From Ostreococcus lucimarinus (Eukaryota), in the NCBI GenBank assembly GCA_000092065.1, contig CP000600.1: a stretch of 64,000 nucleotides of DNA, one strand, 5' to 3'. Position numbers and translations under genes: made by a program. Every line of letters begins with the position of its first letter. Position 1 is the stretch's first letter. Positions 55,213 to 64,000 of this stretch are shown here, piece after piece. A model generated the notes under the pieces. That model saw nothing but the letters and a program-made list of their open reading frames with translations, was not told where the DNA came from and ran no database searches.

Positions 55213-58200
55213 ATGGCGACGCGCGACGCCCTCGCGGCGTTCTGCGCCGCGTCGGCGCGCGACGACGACGCGACATCGCTCGCGGACGACGTCGCGCTCG
55301 CCGAGATCGCGCGCGCGATCGCGGACGGCGCGCGCGCGGTTTTAGACGTCGTCGTCGACCTGGAAGGATTTCTCACAGCGACCGAGCCAAAGCCGCGGGC
55401 GCGGGCGACGGAAATCCTCGCGCACGTCGCCGAAGAGTGCGCGATGACGCTGGATGATCGCGCGGTGCGCACGCTGAGCGCGTTCTTCGCGTCGAGGTTG
55501 AGCGATTTCGCGTCGACGGCGAGCGCGGCGCGCGGCGCCGAGGCGTTGGTGAAGCGAGCGAACGCGGAGGCGATCGAAGCGACGTCGAGGGCACTTTTCG
55601 CGGAGTGCGACGTGCAGGGGTTGAGACAAAGCGATAGGGAAGCGTGCGTGCGGTTGGCGATCGAAATGCTGCGGAGTGCGCACGCTGGGGCGTGCGCGCG
55701 CGGGGCGGGGGACGGGGAGCCGAACGAGGCGTTGGCGAGAATAATCGGCGCGTTCGATGGGGAGAAGGATCCTAGGTGCGTGTTGGGATTGTGTGAGGTG
55801 TGGACATTGTTGCCAGGGGCGTTTGAGCGGTTCGGGGAGGGTGGAAAGGCGGTGTACGAGGAGAATGCGGAGGAATTGTACGACGTCGCGGCGAGTTACT
55901 TTCCAGTGAGTTTCAAGCCGCCGAGAGGGGATTCGATTAAGATTTCTCGTCGCCAACTCGCGGAGGCGGTCGAACGCGCGATGACGGCGTCACCAACATT
56001 CGCACCGTGGGCCGTCGCGCACGCGTTGGAGAGTTTGAACCCTGAACTAGGTCCGGGGAAGATGGCGGACGCCGCGCGCGCGGTTCGCGCGATGGGCGAA
56101 CGTTTCGGCGCGAGCGTCATGGAAGAATACATGGGTATCGTTTGGCAAGCCATGCGCGCCGCATTGGCGCATCCCAACGCGACGAAGATGGAAGAAGACG
56201 ACGACGTGCAGGCGACGACGCCGATGGCGGTGATGACGACGATGTTTGCCAGCGAATTCACTCGCGGCACGCTCGCGCGCGCGGCGTTGACGGATCAATG
56301 CGTGCGCGACGCCGAAGTGACTTTGCGTCGCATGGCGAACGACAGCTCGTCGGATGACGTCGACGGCGCGTGCGCGATGGAGACCTCAGACGAGGGGTGC
56401 TGTGGCGGTGGTTGCGGCGGTGGGAGTAAGTCGTCCGGCGAAGAAGCGGCGAGGGGAAAACTCGTCGTTGCGACGGCGAGTCGCGTGCTCGGTGCGGTTG
56501 CCGCGGCGACCCCCACACTCGCGCATGATGTCATACACGGCACTTTAAAGTCACTTCTCGACGCCGCGAAGATTCCACGCGAAATAGATGGACTTCATTC
56601 GTCCAAAGCGGCGTACTTGGCTCTCATTCTTGCCACGCCCGCGCTCGGCGGCGCGTTGGATTGCTGCGAACGGAACGCCGAATCAAGTGTGCACATGAGC
56701 GTCTTGGACGATGAAAGTGAACGGTTGGTGGGGCTGTTTGCCGACGCAGCGCTGGGAAAGATCGAATCCCCGAGCTTTGACGAAGGCATCGTTTTAGGTT
56801 TAGCAGGATTGCACATGTTGTGCAAGTTTCCATACAGATTCGGTCTGGCGAGCGCTGAGTCGCGAGTCGCCGTGGCGAGCAAGCTATTCGATGCGATGAT
56901 GGCGCAACACGTAAACGAGTCCGAGGCCGATATCGAAGTGCGCATTGAGCGTTCGATCGATGCGCTCGTCGCCGCAGCGAGCGGTGCGGACGCAAAACTC
57001 GTTGACGCGATGTCGACGGGCGCCGTCGCTCTCCTTGCAGACAAAGTGACAGTTACGAATTTGCAAACCGTCGAAGCGACGCGAGCGATTCGTGCCCTCT
57101 GCGCCCTCGCGGCAGTAAATCAGATGATTCGAAACGACGTCGCGCGATTGTTTTGCGGCGTTGTGCGTGATGCTATCGAGATTGGTTCGCCGAATGCCGA
57201 GGATCTGGTGTCCGCGATGTGCCGCGACGACGACGGTGTACTGACGCGGTTTGTTTCATCCGACGAAGCACAGCGAGCGTGCGCCGATCTCACCACATTT
57301 TGTCTCGCGCGTGATCCTGCCACAACTGCAGAGTCCACCGTGCGCGTCGTCGCGAGCGCGGTGGCGAATTGTGACGACGCGACGCAAGCGCGATTCGCCG
57401 CCGAAGCCGTCGCGCTCTCGCGCGAAAAGCCGCTGATGGCTTGCGCGGTGATTTGTGGACTACGACCGCAAGCGGCGTTCGAAGCGACACACATGGTGGC
57501 CGCTCTCGACGAATTAACGCGCTCGCGCGGCGACCGAGGATTCTCGATGTTCGTCGCCGCCGCCGTCGGTTCGGCGACGCACAAATTCCCGAGCGTGGAC
57601 TTCGCGCCACCTATGGAAGACTTGACGGACGAGCGCACGACTTTCGTTCTCGGTGCGTGCTTGCGCGCGCGAGCGATGCGTCGAGACGATTCGTCGCCAT
57701 CTGATGCGCTGGTTTCGTGTCTCGTTCGCGCTCTCGACGACAGTTCGTCGCCTGAAGCGTCGAGAGGCGCGGCGATGGCGTTGAGCATGGCTGTGGGATT
57801 CAGCGCTGCGCATCGCGACATCGGGCTAGGTTTGAAGTCTTCGACTCACGCGAGCGAAAAGTTCCTCGCGTGTCAACGTTTCTTCACGAAAGTTGCGCCG
57901 ACTTTGATCAAGGGCGCGTACGAAGCCGTGGGCGCGAAGCGCTTGTCGAGATCTTACGCAGTCGTCAAGCTCGCCAGCGGCGTCGCCCCATCCGTGGCAC
58001 TCAGTTCGCAGTTCAACCTGTTCCCGCTGTTACCAGACGTGTTACACGCACTCACCGTCGGTACGCTCGCCGGTGACGACGACGCCGTGCGCGCGGCGCT
58101 CCTCCTCGTCGGCGCGCGACTCGCCGAGCCCGCACTGTACGATGCCGGCAGCGAAGGCGCGACGGAGCAGAACGCCGTCGCTCTCATCGACGCCCTGTGC

Positions 58201-58419
58201 GCCATCGCCACTGCAACGAGCACAATGTCCATGGAGTGTCGGGAGCACGCCCTCGATGCTCTCGTCGCGGCGTCGACGCTCAAGTTCAGCGCCGTGTACC
58301 CGAGTCGCCGGCGCGCGCTCGACGCCGCCGTCGTCGCGTGTGACGATCCTAAACGTCGCGTCCGCCGCGCCGCCGCGCGAGCGCGACAGGTATGGCTCAA
58401 ATTAATGACCTCTACTTAG
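55213..58419 (+). CDS. MMS19: MMS19 (HEAT-repeat cytosolic Fe-S assembly targeting factor) homologue.
   Basis: N-terminal 'LEGFLTATEPKPRARATEIL' matches human 'LGSSLENPEPRTRARAIQLL'. 'DGEKDPRCVLGLCEVW' matches 'DGEKDPRNLLVAFRIV'. 'ASYFPVSFKPPRGD' matches 'SCYFPIDFTPPPND'. C-terminal 'KRRVRRAAARARQVW' matches 'KKRLVRKEAVSARGEW'. About 1070 aa of HEAT-like repeats. An alternative start lies at 55168. Confidence 0.8.
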   Translation: MATRDALAAFCAASARDDDATSLADDVALAEIARAIADGARAVLDVVVDLEGFLTATEPKPRARATEILAHVAEECAMTLDDRAVRTLSAFFASRLSDFASTASAARGAEALVKRANAEAIEATSRALFAECDVQGLRQSDREACVRLAIEMLRSAHAGACARGAGDGEPNEALARIIGAFDGEKDPRCVLGLCEVWTLLPGAFERFGEGGKAVYEENAEELYDVAASYFPVSFKPPRGDSIKISRRQLAEAVERAMTASPTFAPWAVAHALESLNPELGPGKMADAARAVRAMGERFGASVMEEYMGIVWQAMRAALAHPNATKMEEDDDVQATTPMAVMTTMFASEFTRGTLARAALTDQCVRDAEVTLRRMANDSSSDDVDGACAMETSDEGCCGGGCGGGSKSSGEEAARGKLVVATASRVLGAVAAATPTLAHDVIHGTLKSLLDAAKIPREIDGLHSSKAAYLALILATPALGGALDCCERNAESSVHMSVLDDESERLVGLFADAALGKIESPSFDEGIVLGLAGLHMLCKFPYRFGLASAESRVAVASKLFDAMMAQHVNESEADIEVRIERSIDALVAAASGADAKLVDAMSTGAVALLADKVTVTNLQTVEATRAIRALCALAAVNQMIRNDVARLFCGVVRDAIEIGSPNAEDLVSAMCRDDDGVLTRFVSSDEAQRACADLTTFCLARDPATTAESTVRVVASAVANCDDATQARFAAEAVALSREKPLMACAVICGLRPQAAFEATHMVAALDELTRSRGDRGFSMFVAAAVGSATHKFPSVDFAPPMEDLTDERTTFVLGACLRARAMRRDDSSPSDALVSCLVRALDDSSSPEASRGAAMALSMAVGFSAAHRDIGLGLKSSTHASEKFLACQRFFTKVAPTLIKGAYEAVGAKRLSRSYAVVKLASGVAPSVALSSQFNLFPLLPDVLHALTVGTLAGDDDAVRAALLLVGARLAEPALYDAGSEGATEQNAVALIDALCAIATATSTMSMECREHALDALVAASTLKFSAVYPSRRRALDAAVVACDDPKRRVRRAAARARQVWLKLMTST

Positions 58420-58463
58420 CGTCATAGCTAGTCCATTCATCACGCGCGCCTTTAGTCCTAGCG

Positions 58464-59114
58464 ATGCAACGGAACGTTCTCTCGCGTCCCGCTCGCTCGC
58501 GTCCCGCTCTCGCGCCGCACACCGCGACTCGCGGCATGCCGGACGCCGCTGGTTCGCGCGACGACGACGTCGGTGTCCCCATAGAGCGCGATGTCGCCGA
58601 CGCTCCGTCGACGTCAAAACCCGCGAGCGCGTCCAAACCGTGCGCGTTCTTCGCCCGAGGTCGTTGCGGTGGTGGAACGCAGTGTCCGTTTTCACACGCG
58701 CCGAGCGTCGTGCGCGCGCGCGCGACGCACGCGTCCAACTGCGGATGCCCGGAGTGCAATCCAATGCGCGCAAAACCGCGCGAAAACGGCGCGAACGACG
58801 CCGATGGGGCGGTATCATCGGAGAGCGAGGAGGAGGGCGCCGTCCCGAACGCCGTCGTCGAGCGCGAGGCGCGCGAACGCGCCGCCGAACGCGCCGAGAC
58901 GCTGCGGCGATGCGCGACGATCGCGGATGAAAATCGGTGCGAATTTTGGCGCGAGTTCCTGCGCGAGGCGAGCTCGGGTCGAGGGAATCGTTTGGTGCCG
59001 TATTGGACGCGCGAGGACGACGCGCCGCCGCCGGCGACCGGACCGCGACCGCGACCGCCGGATGTCGGCGACGCCGACGCGCGCGCGCGCGCGAGACCGC
59101 GTCGTTCGATTTAG
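58464..59114 (+). CDS. Small CCCH-type zinc-finger protein (hypothetical).
   Basis: 'KPCAFFARGRCGGGTQCPFSH' fits C-x7-C-x5-C-x3-H. A second Cys/His cluster 'HASNCGCPECNP'. The overlapping minus-strand ORFs (58402..59157, 58412..58759) are arginine-rich artefacts. Confidence 0.45.
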   Translation: MQRNVLSRPARSRPALAPHTATRGMPDAAGSRDDDVGVPIERDVADAPSTSKPASASKPCAFFARGRCGGGTQCPFSHAPSVVRARATHASNCGCPECNPMRAKPRENGANDADGAVSSESEEEGAVPNAVVEREARERAAERAETLRRCATIADENRCEFWREFLREASSGRGNRLVPYWTREDDAPPPATGPRPRPPDVGDADARARARPRRSI

Positions 59115-59306
59115 CGCACTTAGCCTCTGAAACCGCACCCTCGCGGTCGTAGCTCACGTTTTAGATTGTAGCGTATCGGCGTCCCGAAGCGCGTCCCGAG
59201 GCGCAATTCCACTCAATCGCGCCCGCGCCGCCCGCACTCGTCGTCGCTCGCGCTCGAACCGCGCGCTCTCGGCGCGCGACGTCGCAGACGCCTCGCCCGC
59301 GCCGTC

Positions 59307-59966
59307 ATGTTCGATCTCAAGCAACTGTTCGGCTTAGCGCCGACGCCCGAACAAAAAACCAAAGAGTGCAAGCTCAAACTGCGCAAACTCCAGCGCGAAC
59401 TCGAGCAACAGATTCGCGACGTCGAGCGCGCGACGACGAAGACGACGAGAGAGATCAAGCTCTGCGCGAAGAGAAACGACCAGAAAAGCGCGCGCGCGCT
59501 GGCGAAAGAGATCGTGCAGGCGAGGAAGGCGATTGAAAAGTTGTACACGAGCAAGGCGCGCGCGAGCTCGGTGGAACGCGCGCTGACCAGACGGGCGGCG
59601 ACGCAGACGAGCGTAAAAACGCTCGAACGCTCGAGCGAAGTGCTGAAAGCGATGAACGCGCTGGTGAAAGTGAGCGCGGTGCGCGATCAGGCGAGAGAAT
59701 TGAGCCGGGAGATGACGAGGGCGGGGATCATGGAGGAACTCGTGGAGGAGGCGCTGGCGGATGATTTAGAGGACGAAGACGAGACGGAGCGCGCGATTGA
59801 GGATATTTTAAAGGAAATCGCGGGGGAGGTCGTGTTACCCGACACCGGCGTCGAAGAGAAAGTCACGCGCGAGGCGACGATCGCGGTGGAACCGACGACG
59901 ACGACGACGACGACGACGACGGAAGATTTAAAGGCGCGACTCGAGCGCATGCGGCAAGAGGCGTAG
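59307..59966 (+). CDS. VPS24: ESCRT-III subunit CHMP3/VPS24 (Snf7 family).
   Basis: 'LAKEIVQARKAIEKLYTSKARASSVERAL' matches 'LAKEMIRSRKAVSKLYASKAHMNSVLMGM'. 'SSEVLKAMNALVKVSAVRDQARELSREMTRAGIMEELVEE' matches 'STEVMKAMQSLVKIPEIQATMRELSKEMMKAGIIEEMLED'. C-terminal MIM-like 'LKARLERMRQ'. A poly-Thr run (T x9) at 59890-59920. Confidence 0.8.
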   Translation: MFDLKQLFGLAPTPEQKTKECKLKLRKLQRELEQQIRDVERATTKTTREIKLCAKRNDQKSARALAKEIVQARKAIEKLYTSKARASSVERALTRRAATQTSVKTLERSSEVLKAMNALVKVSAVRDQARELSREMTRAGIMEELVEEALADDLEDEDETERAIEDILKEIAGEVVLPDTGVEEKVTREATIAVEPTTTTTTTTTEDLKARLERMRQEA

Positions 59967-60199
59967 CGAGTCGCTCGTTCGCGCGTTTCAAACGCAAATC
60001 ATCGCCGCGCGCGGCGAGCGATCTGTATCATCAATCAAAACCATTCTCGCGCTGTGTCTCCACGCATCGACGTCGCGCCTTCGCGCGCGCCCGCGTCGCG
60101 CTCGATTCGATTCGCGTCGTCGTCGTCGCCGCGCTCGACGCATTCAATTCCAAATCTACATTCGCGCGCTCGTCACCGCGTCACACGCGCGCGCGCCCC

Positions 60200-62032
60200 A
60201 TGACGCCGCGCGCGCTCGCGAACGCGTCTCCGCGCGTCGCGCGCGGGCGTCCGCGCGCGTCGACGCGCCGCGATGGACGTCGACGCGCGACCGCGGGCGC
60301 AGGGTTCGTTACGCGGACGCGTCGACGCCGCGTCGCGCGCGCGGCGAACGAGGACGCGGCGAGCGAGCGAACGCGCGCGAACGCGTCCGCGATGCCGTCG
60401 AAGACGCTTCGCGGGATGTTCGACGCGGTGCGAGGGTTCGTGCTGGAACCGTCGCGGGACGGCGGCGAAGCGTCGAGCGGCGGCGCGAGCGGCGGCGCGA
60501 GCGCGAGCCGACTGCGAAAAGTCATCGGATCGTTCGTCATGGACGTTTCGCAATCGTTCGATGAGCTCACGGACGCGCCGTCGATGACGACGGACGGCGC
60601 GGCGAATTTGAGGACGACGGCGGCGCGGCGAAGACGGGCTCGGACGCTCACGGCGGAGCGACGGCGACGAAGACGCGACGCGAAGACTCGGGATGAGCTG
60701 AGCGCGCTCGCGCCCGAGGTTGAGGTTCTGACGTTGAACGCGGTGCAGAGACGCGCGATCGGGTTGGATTGCGATGAGATGCACTTTGTGCCCGTCGGCG
60801 ACGCGAGCGGTTGGAGCGCGGCGTTGTTGCGATACAAGGCCAAGGAAGGCGTGGAGACGCGAAGACCGATCGTCATGGTGCCCGGATGCGCGTCAAACGG
60901 GATGACATTTGATGTCGATAAGACGGTGAGCTTACCCAGGTATCTCACGGAGCGCGGGCACGAGGTTTGGATCGTGGAGACGCGCGGCGTCGGGTACGCG
61001 CGCAGATGGACGAGACCGAGGTCGGATTACGTCGAGGTCGCGCCGCCGACGGACTCGGTCGGCGAAGGAAGCGGTGGTGGAATAGAAATACCGATGATGC
61101 GATCGGTGGGATTCGGGCTCTGGGACTTCGACACGCTGTTGAATGAAGATTTGTTTTGCTCGTGCGAGTACATCGCCGAAGTCTGTCGCCGTGGGGATTT
61201 GGCGGGCGTCGGGCATTCGATGGGTGGAATGCTCCTCGCCTCGCTTGCGGCCGTAGGACCGAAAGAAAGCGACATCGGGGTGAATTGTTCGTGGTCCATG
61301 ACTCGCGTGTGCACGATGGCGTCGTGTTTGGAATGTTCCTCGGAGAGCGACCCGGAATCGCCGGCGTCGGTGTACGCGCGTTTCGCCGCCTTGGCGGGCC
61401 ATCTCCCGCGAGGACTCACCGCGAATCCGAGCACGACCACCGTGCACTTACCAATAGCGCCCGCAAGCGTAGCCACCGCGGAGGCGTTTCAATTCGTGCT
61501 CGGTCCACCGCCTCCCATCGACGGCGACGGCGCGTCGGCGCCCGATCCCGCCAAGGCGTTTTGGAGAAATTCAGTCTCCCCGGTGACGTGCCATCCCGGC
61601 GCCACGGACTCGGAATTCCTTCGACGACTACTATTACGAGGCTTCAACAACGTCCCATTGTCGTTGCTGATTCAAATGGCAACACTGTTCACTCCCGGAG
61701 GCATGCGCAGCCGCGACCCATCCATGGGCGTCGACGAATCGTCGAGCGTGCGCGCCAGAATCGCTCGAGACAGCGAACGATTAAAGTACCTCGACGAGCT
61801 CCAGCGCGCGCGCGTGCCTGTTCTCGCCATCGCCGGGGACGTGGACCCGATTTTTCCCCCGAACCAAGTCAAAGCGTACGCCAGAAAAGTAGACGCCGAG
61901 TACCACGTCTTCGGCGACGCGTCGTCGCCGCGCGACGACCCGGACACCCATTACAGCCACTACGACGTCATCTGTGGCCGACACGCCCCTCACAAAGTCT
62001 TCCCCATAGTCGCCGAGTTTCTCGAGCGCTGA
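60200..62032 (+). CDS. Alpha/beta-hydrolase (lipase/esterase-type) with a long R/A-rich N-terminal extension, possibly a transit peptide. The true start may be the internal M at ~60392 ('MPSKTLRG').
   Basis: Nucleophile elbow 'VGHSMGGMLLAS'. 'RPIVMVPGCASNGMTF' loop. C-terminal 'VPVLAIAGDVDPIFP' and catalytic His region 'HYSHYDVICGRHAPHKVFPIVAEFL'. Confidence 0.6.
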   Translation: MTPRALANASPRVARGRPRASTRRDGRRRATAGAGFVTRTRRRRVARAANEDAASERTRANASAMPSKTLRGMFDAVRGFVLEPSRDGGEASSGGASGGASASRLRKVIGSFVMDVSQSFDELTDAPSMTTDGAANLRTTAARRRRARTLTAERRRRRRDAKTRDELSALAPEVEVLTLNAVQRRAIGLDCDEMHFVPVGDASGWSAALLRYKAKEGVETRRPIVMVPGCASNGMTFDVDKTVSLPRYLTERGHEVWIVETRGVGYARRWTRPRSDYVEVAPPTDSVGEGSGGGIEIPMMRSVGFGLWDFDTLLNEDLFCSCEYIAEVCRRGDLAGVGHSMGGMLLASLAAVGPKESDIGVNCSWSMTRVCTMASCLECSSESDPESPASVYARFAALAGHLPRGLTANPSTTTVHLPIAPASVATAEAFQFVLGPPPPIDGDGASAPDPAKAFWRNSVSPVTCHPGATDSEFLRRLLLRGFNNVPLSLLIQMATLFTPGGMRSRDPSMGVDESSSVRARIARDSERLKYLDELQRARVPVLAIAGDVDPIFPPNQVKAYARKVDAEYHVFGDASSPRDDPDTHYSHYDVICGRHAPHKVFPIVAEFLER

Positions 62033-62137
62033 TTTCGACGTTTGTAATCGCATCGTATCGAGTCGTCGCGCTTCGCTCGCCTAACCGCCGCGTCGCCGCA
62101 CACCGCGCCGCTCGCGCGTCCCGCGCGCGGCGCTCGC

Positions 62138-63550
62138 ATGCGCACCGCGTCGCGCTCGAACGCGAGTGTGCAAACGGTCACGCCCGCGCGTCCCGTTCGC
62201 TCGCCCGCGCGTCGCTCGCGTCGCGCGATGACGGTCGCCGAAGCCGTGCCGCCGCCCCCGAAAGCGAACCAAAGCCAACGCGGCGCGTCCTGGCGCGCCG
62301 AACACCGCGAAGCGATCCTGAAGGGCAGCGCGAGGACGCACGTCAGCGACGCTTCGCCGACGGTGATCGATTTCTTGACGAACGACGACGCGCTGGTGGG
62401 ACCGAGGAAGTGGTTGGGCGCGGCGACGCGCGCGGCGACGGGGGACATTTTCGGCGTCCCGAGTCACGCGCGACGGGTGCTCAAAGTGAGCCCTCGAGCG
62501 GGGACGGTCGAATTGATCGGTGACGAACTCACGCCGACGCACTTTAAATTCCTGCGCGGGATCGATGGGAAGAATGGGAAGTGTTACGGTTTGCCGGCGT
62601 GGGGCGAGGGCGTGTTGAAAATCGACGCCGAGACGGGAGAGACGAGCATGATTGGAAAGTTGCCGGGAGACATGAAGTGGCAGTGGCACGGCGGTTCGTT
62701 AGGTCGCGATGGAGCGCTGTACGCGGTGCCGTGCAACGCGTCGTCCGTCCTGCGGGTGTGCACGAAGACGGAGGAGGTGAGTTTCATCGGCGGCGACGTG
62801 ATTTCGCCGATGAAGAATAAGTGGTACGGCGGCATTCAAGCGCCGGATGGTTCGATTTACGGCGTGCCGTATTGTTCGGATAAAATCATACACATCGTTC
62901 CAGAGACACAATCGGTGGAGATGCTCGAACTACAAGGAGCGACTTTGGAGCCGAATAGCTACGCTTGGCACGGCGGAATCTTAGCGCCAAATGGCTGCAT
63001 TTATTGCTTTCCCAGTCACGCTCGTCGCGCGATGAAGATTGACTGCGCCACGCGCACGTGCACGCTCATCGGCGACGATCTCGGAGACAAGCGGTACAAA
63101 TTTGGCGGCGGATGCGTCGGCCCCGACGGCGACTCGGTGTACGCGTTTCCGAGCGATTACAAGGCGGTGCTGAAAATCGACACGAGAACCGACCAGACTT
63201 CTTTAGTGGGCGAAGGACTACCCGGAATGCTCCCAGACTTGCTTAACAAGTGGCAAAACGGTGTTCTCGCGGGCGACGGTTACATATACGGAATCCCGTG
63301 CGACGCACCGTCTGTGATCCAAATCGACCCCGGGACGGATTCGGTGCACTTCCTCGGCAACCTGGGCGACTTACCCGACAAATACCAAGGCGGTTTCTTA
63401 AATCGCGACGACGGCGTCGTGTACTGCATCCCCGAAAACGCTGAAAACGTCATGCGCATCTGCCCCGTCGGCAGCGACGCGCACCCACCGCCCCGCAGCG
63501 GCTTCGATCACGACGCTCGTCCCGAAAGTCGTCGCGCGGCGGCGTTGTAA
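62138..63550 (+). CDS. Uncharacterised repeat protein with eight ~46-aa repeats (predicted beta-propeller). Likely start is the internal M at 62228 ('MTVAEAVPPPP').
   Basis: Consensus 'KWxGGxxAPDGxIYGVPxxAxxVLKIDxxTxxVxxIG'. Examples: 'KWYGGIQAPDGSIYGVPYCSDKIIHIVPETQSVEMLE', 'AWHGGILAPNGCIYCFPSHARRAMKIDCATRTCTLIGDDL', 'KWQNGVLAGDGYIYGIPCDAPSVIQIDPGTDSVHFLGNL'. I do not recognise it as a named domain. Confidence 0.55.
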   Translation: MRTASRSNASVQTVTPARPVRSPARRSRRAMTVAEAVPPPPKANQSQRGASWRAEHREAILKGSARTHVSDASPTVIDFLTNDDALVGPRKWLGAATRAATGDIFGVPSHARRVLKVSPRAGTVELIGDELTPTHFKFLRGIDGKNGKCYGLPAWGEGVLKIDAETGETSMIGKLPGDMKWQWHGGSLGRDGALYAVPCNASSVLRVCTKTEEVSFIGGDVISPMKNKWYGGIQAPDGSIYGVPYCSDKIIHIVPETQSVEMLELQGATLEPNSYAWHGGILAPNGCIYCFPSHARRAMKIDCATRTCTLIGDDLGDKRYKFGGGCVGPDGDSVYAFPSDYKAVLKIDTRTDQTSLVGEGLPGMLPDLLNKWQNGVLAGDGYIYGIPCDAPSVIQIDPGTDSVHFLGNLGDLPDKYQGGFLNRDDGVVYCIPENAENVMRICPVGSDAHPPPRSGFDHDARPESRRAAAL

Positions 63551-63663
63551 CTAAAGTGTGGTTTCTGAGCCACTTCCCGTTATCCCTTCGCGCGTCTCCG
63601 CAGACGCGCGCGCGCGACCGCACGTGCGCGCCGGCGCGTCGACGCCGATCACGCGCGCGCACC

Positions 63664-64000
63664 ATGCTCCCGTCCTGGCTCGCCGGGAGCTCGAGCGATG
63701 AGTACAGCGGCGACGAAAGCGAAGGCCCGCGATCGCCGTCGAGGTTGAAACAGATCGGTTCGACGGTGAAACACGAGGCGAAGGACCGCCTGACGAAGCT
63801 GGCGCGAAGCGGAACCGCGAGCACGGCGGTGGATGGACTCACGGATTTCATCGCGGACCCGAAATCGCACGCGGCGGCGACGAAGATTGGAAATTTGAAG
63901 GAAAAGTCCAAGACGCTGTGGACGAACGCGATGCGGGACGACGAGGCGAAGATTGAAAGGACGAAAAACGCGACGAAAAAGGCGCTGGAGATCACGGAAA
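63664..64000 (+). CDS. Hypothetical protein, 3'-partial (runs off the window end).
   Basis: ATG at 63664. Open to the end of the window: 'MLPSWLAGSSSDEYSGDESEGPRSPSRLKQIGSTVKHEAKDRLTKLARSG...'. Diverse composition with GC-rich third codon positions. Confidence 0.3.
   Translation, partial: MLPSWLAGSSSDEYSGDESEGPRSPSRLKQIGSTVKHEAKDRLTKLARSGTASTAVDGLTDFIADPKSHAAATKIGNLKEKSKTLWTNAMRDDEAKIERTKNATKKALEITE

Noticed and set aside
58402-59157. 251-aa minus-strand ORF antisense to the CCCH zinc-finger ORF.
   Set aside because: Arginine-rich ('RARRRRRHPAVAVAVRSPAAARRPRAS...') with overlapping same-strand ORFs in other frames. The plus-strand reading contains a spaced C-x7-C-x5-C-x3-H motif. I still rate the plus-strand call at only moderate confidence.
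1-64000. Prokaryotic interpretation (operons, phage/defence islands, CRISPR, restriction-modification systems).
   Set aside because: Every confidently assigned gene is a eukaryote-specific component: spliceosome, ESCRT-III, CRL4 receptor, CIA targeting complex, TM9SF, NatC, cytosolic RPS18, or plastid-targeted proteins with transit/Tat peptides. Homology frequently requires removing introns that carry canonical spliceosomal signals. No integrase, transposase, Cas or phage structural gene was seen.

Overview
The window reads as a compact, very GC-rich (roughly mid-60s %) nuclear segment from a eukaryote, most likely a prasinophyte green picoalga (Mamiellophyceae, Micromonas-like). It is not prokaryotic: the recognisable proteins are eukaryote-specific (PRP6, LUC7, MMS19, CIAO1, DCAF12, CHMP3, TTC1, TM9SF, RPS18/uS13) or plastid-targeted (PsbP with a Tat signal, shikimate kinase, KEA, RsmE, DUF1499). 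Several homologies become visible only after removing short spliceosomal introns that share one grammar: GTGCGT or GTGGGT donor, CTGAC branch point 24-36 nt upstream, CAG acceptor. I count about 45 protein-coding genes in 64 kb (about 1.4 kb per gene). Most are intronless; six or seven carry one or two short introns (94-232 nt). Intergenic spacers are often under 100 bp, and there are several head-to-head pairs whose start codons lie 20-50 bp apart. I saw no rRNA, tRNA, CRISPR array, transposon, integrase or viral gene. The many long arginine/alanine-rich ORFs in the six-frame track, often antisense to real genes, are artefacts of CGC/GCG-rich composition. Most worth a second look: (1) a ~1560-aa dynamin/mitofusin-like GTPase with a ~400-aa insertion between the P-loop and the DxPG motif, an in-frame AT-richer intron candidate and C-terminal acidic tandem repeats; (2) a secreted two-Kazal-domain protein masked by a long antisense ORF; (3) a DCAF12 orthologue followed 20 bp later on the same strand by a UBZ4 zinc-finger + SAM protein; (4) an uncharacterised 8x46-aa repeat protein; (5) CIAO1 and MMS19, two components of the cytosolic Fe-S targeting complex, in the same window; (6) a three-exon psbP whose Tat signal peptide is split across exons. 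All exon boundaries are hand-derived and may be off by a few nucleotides.
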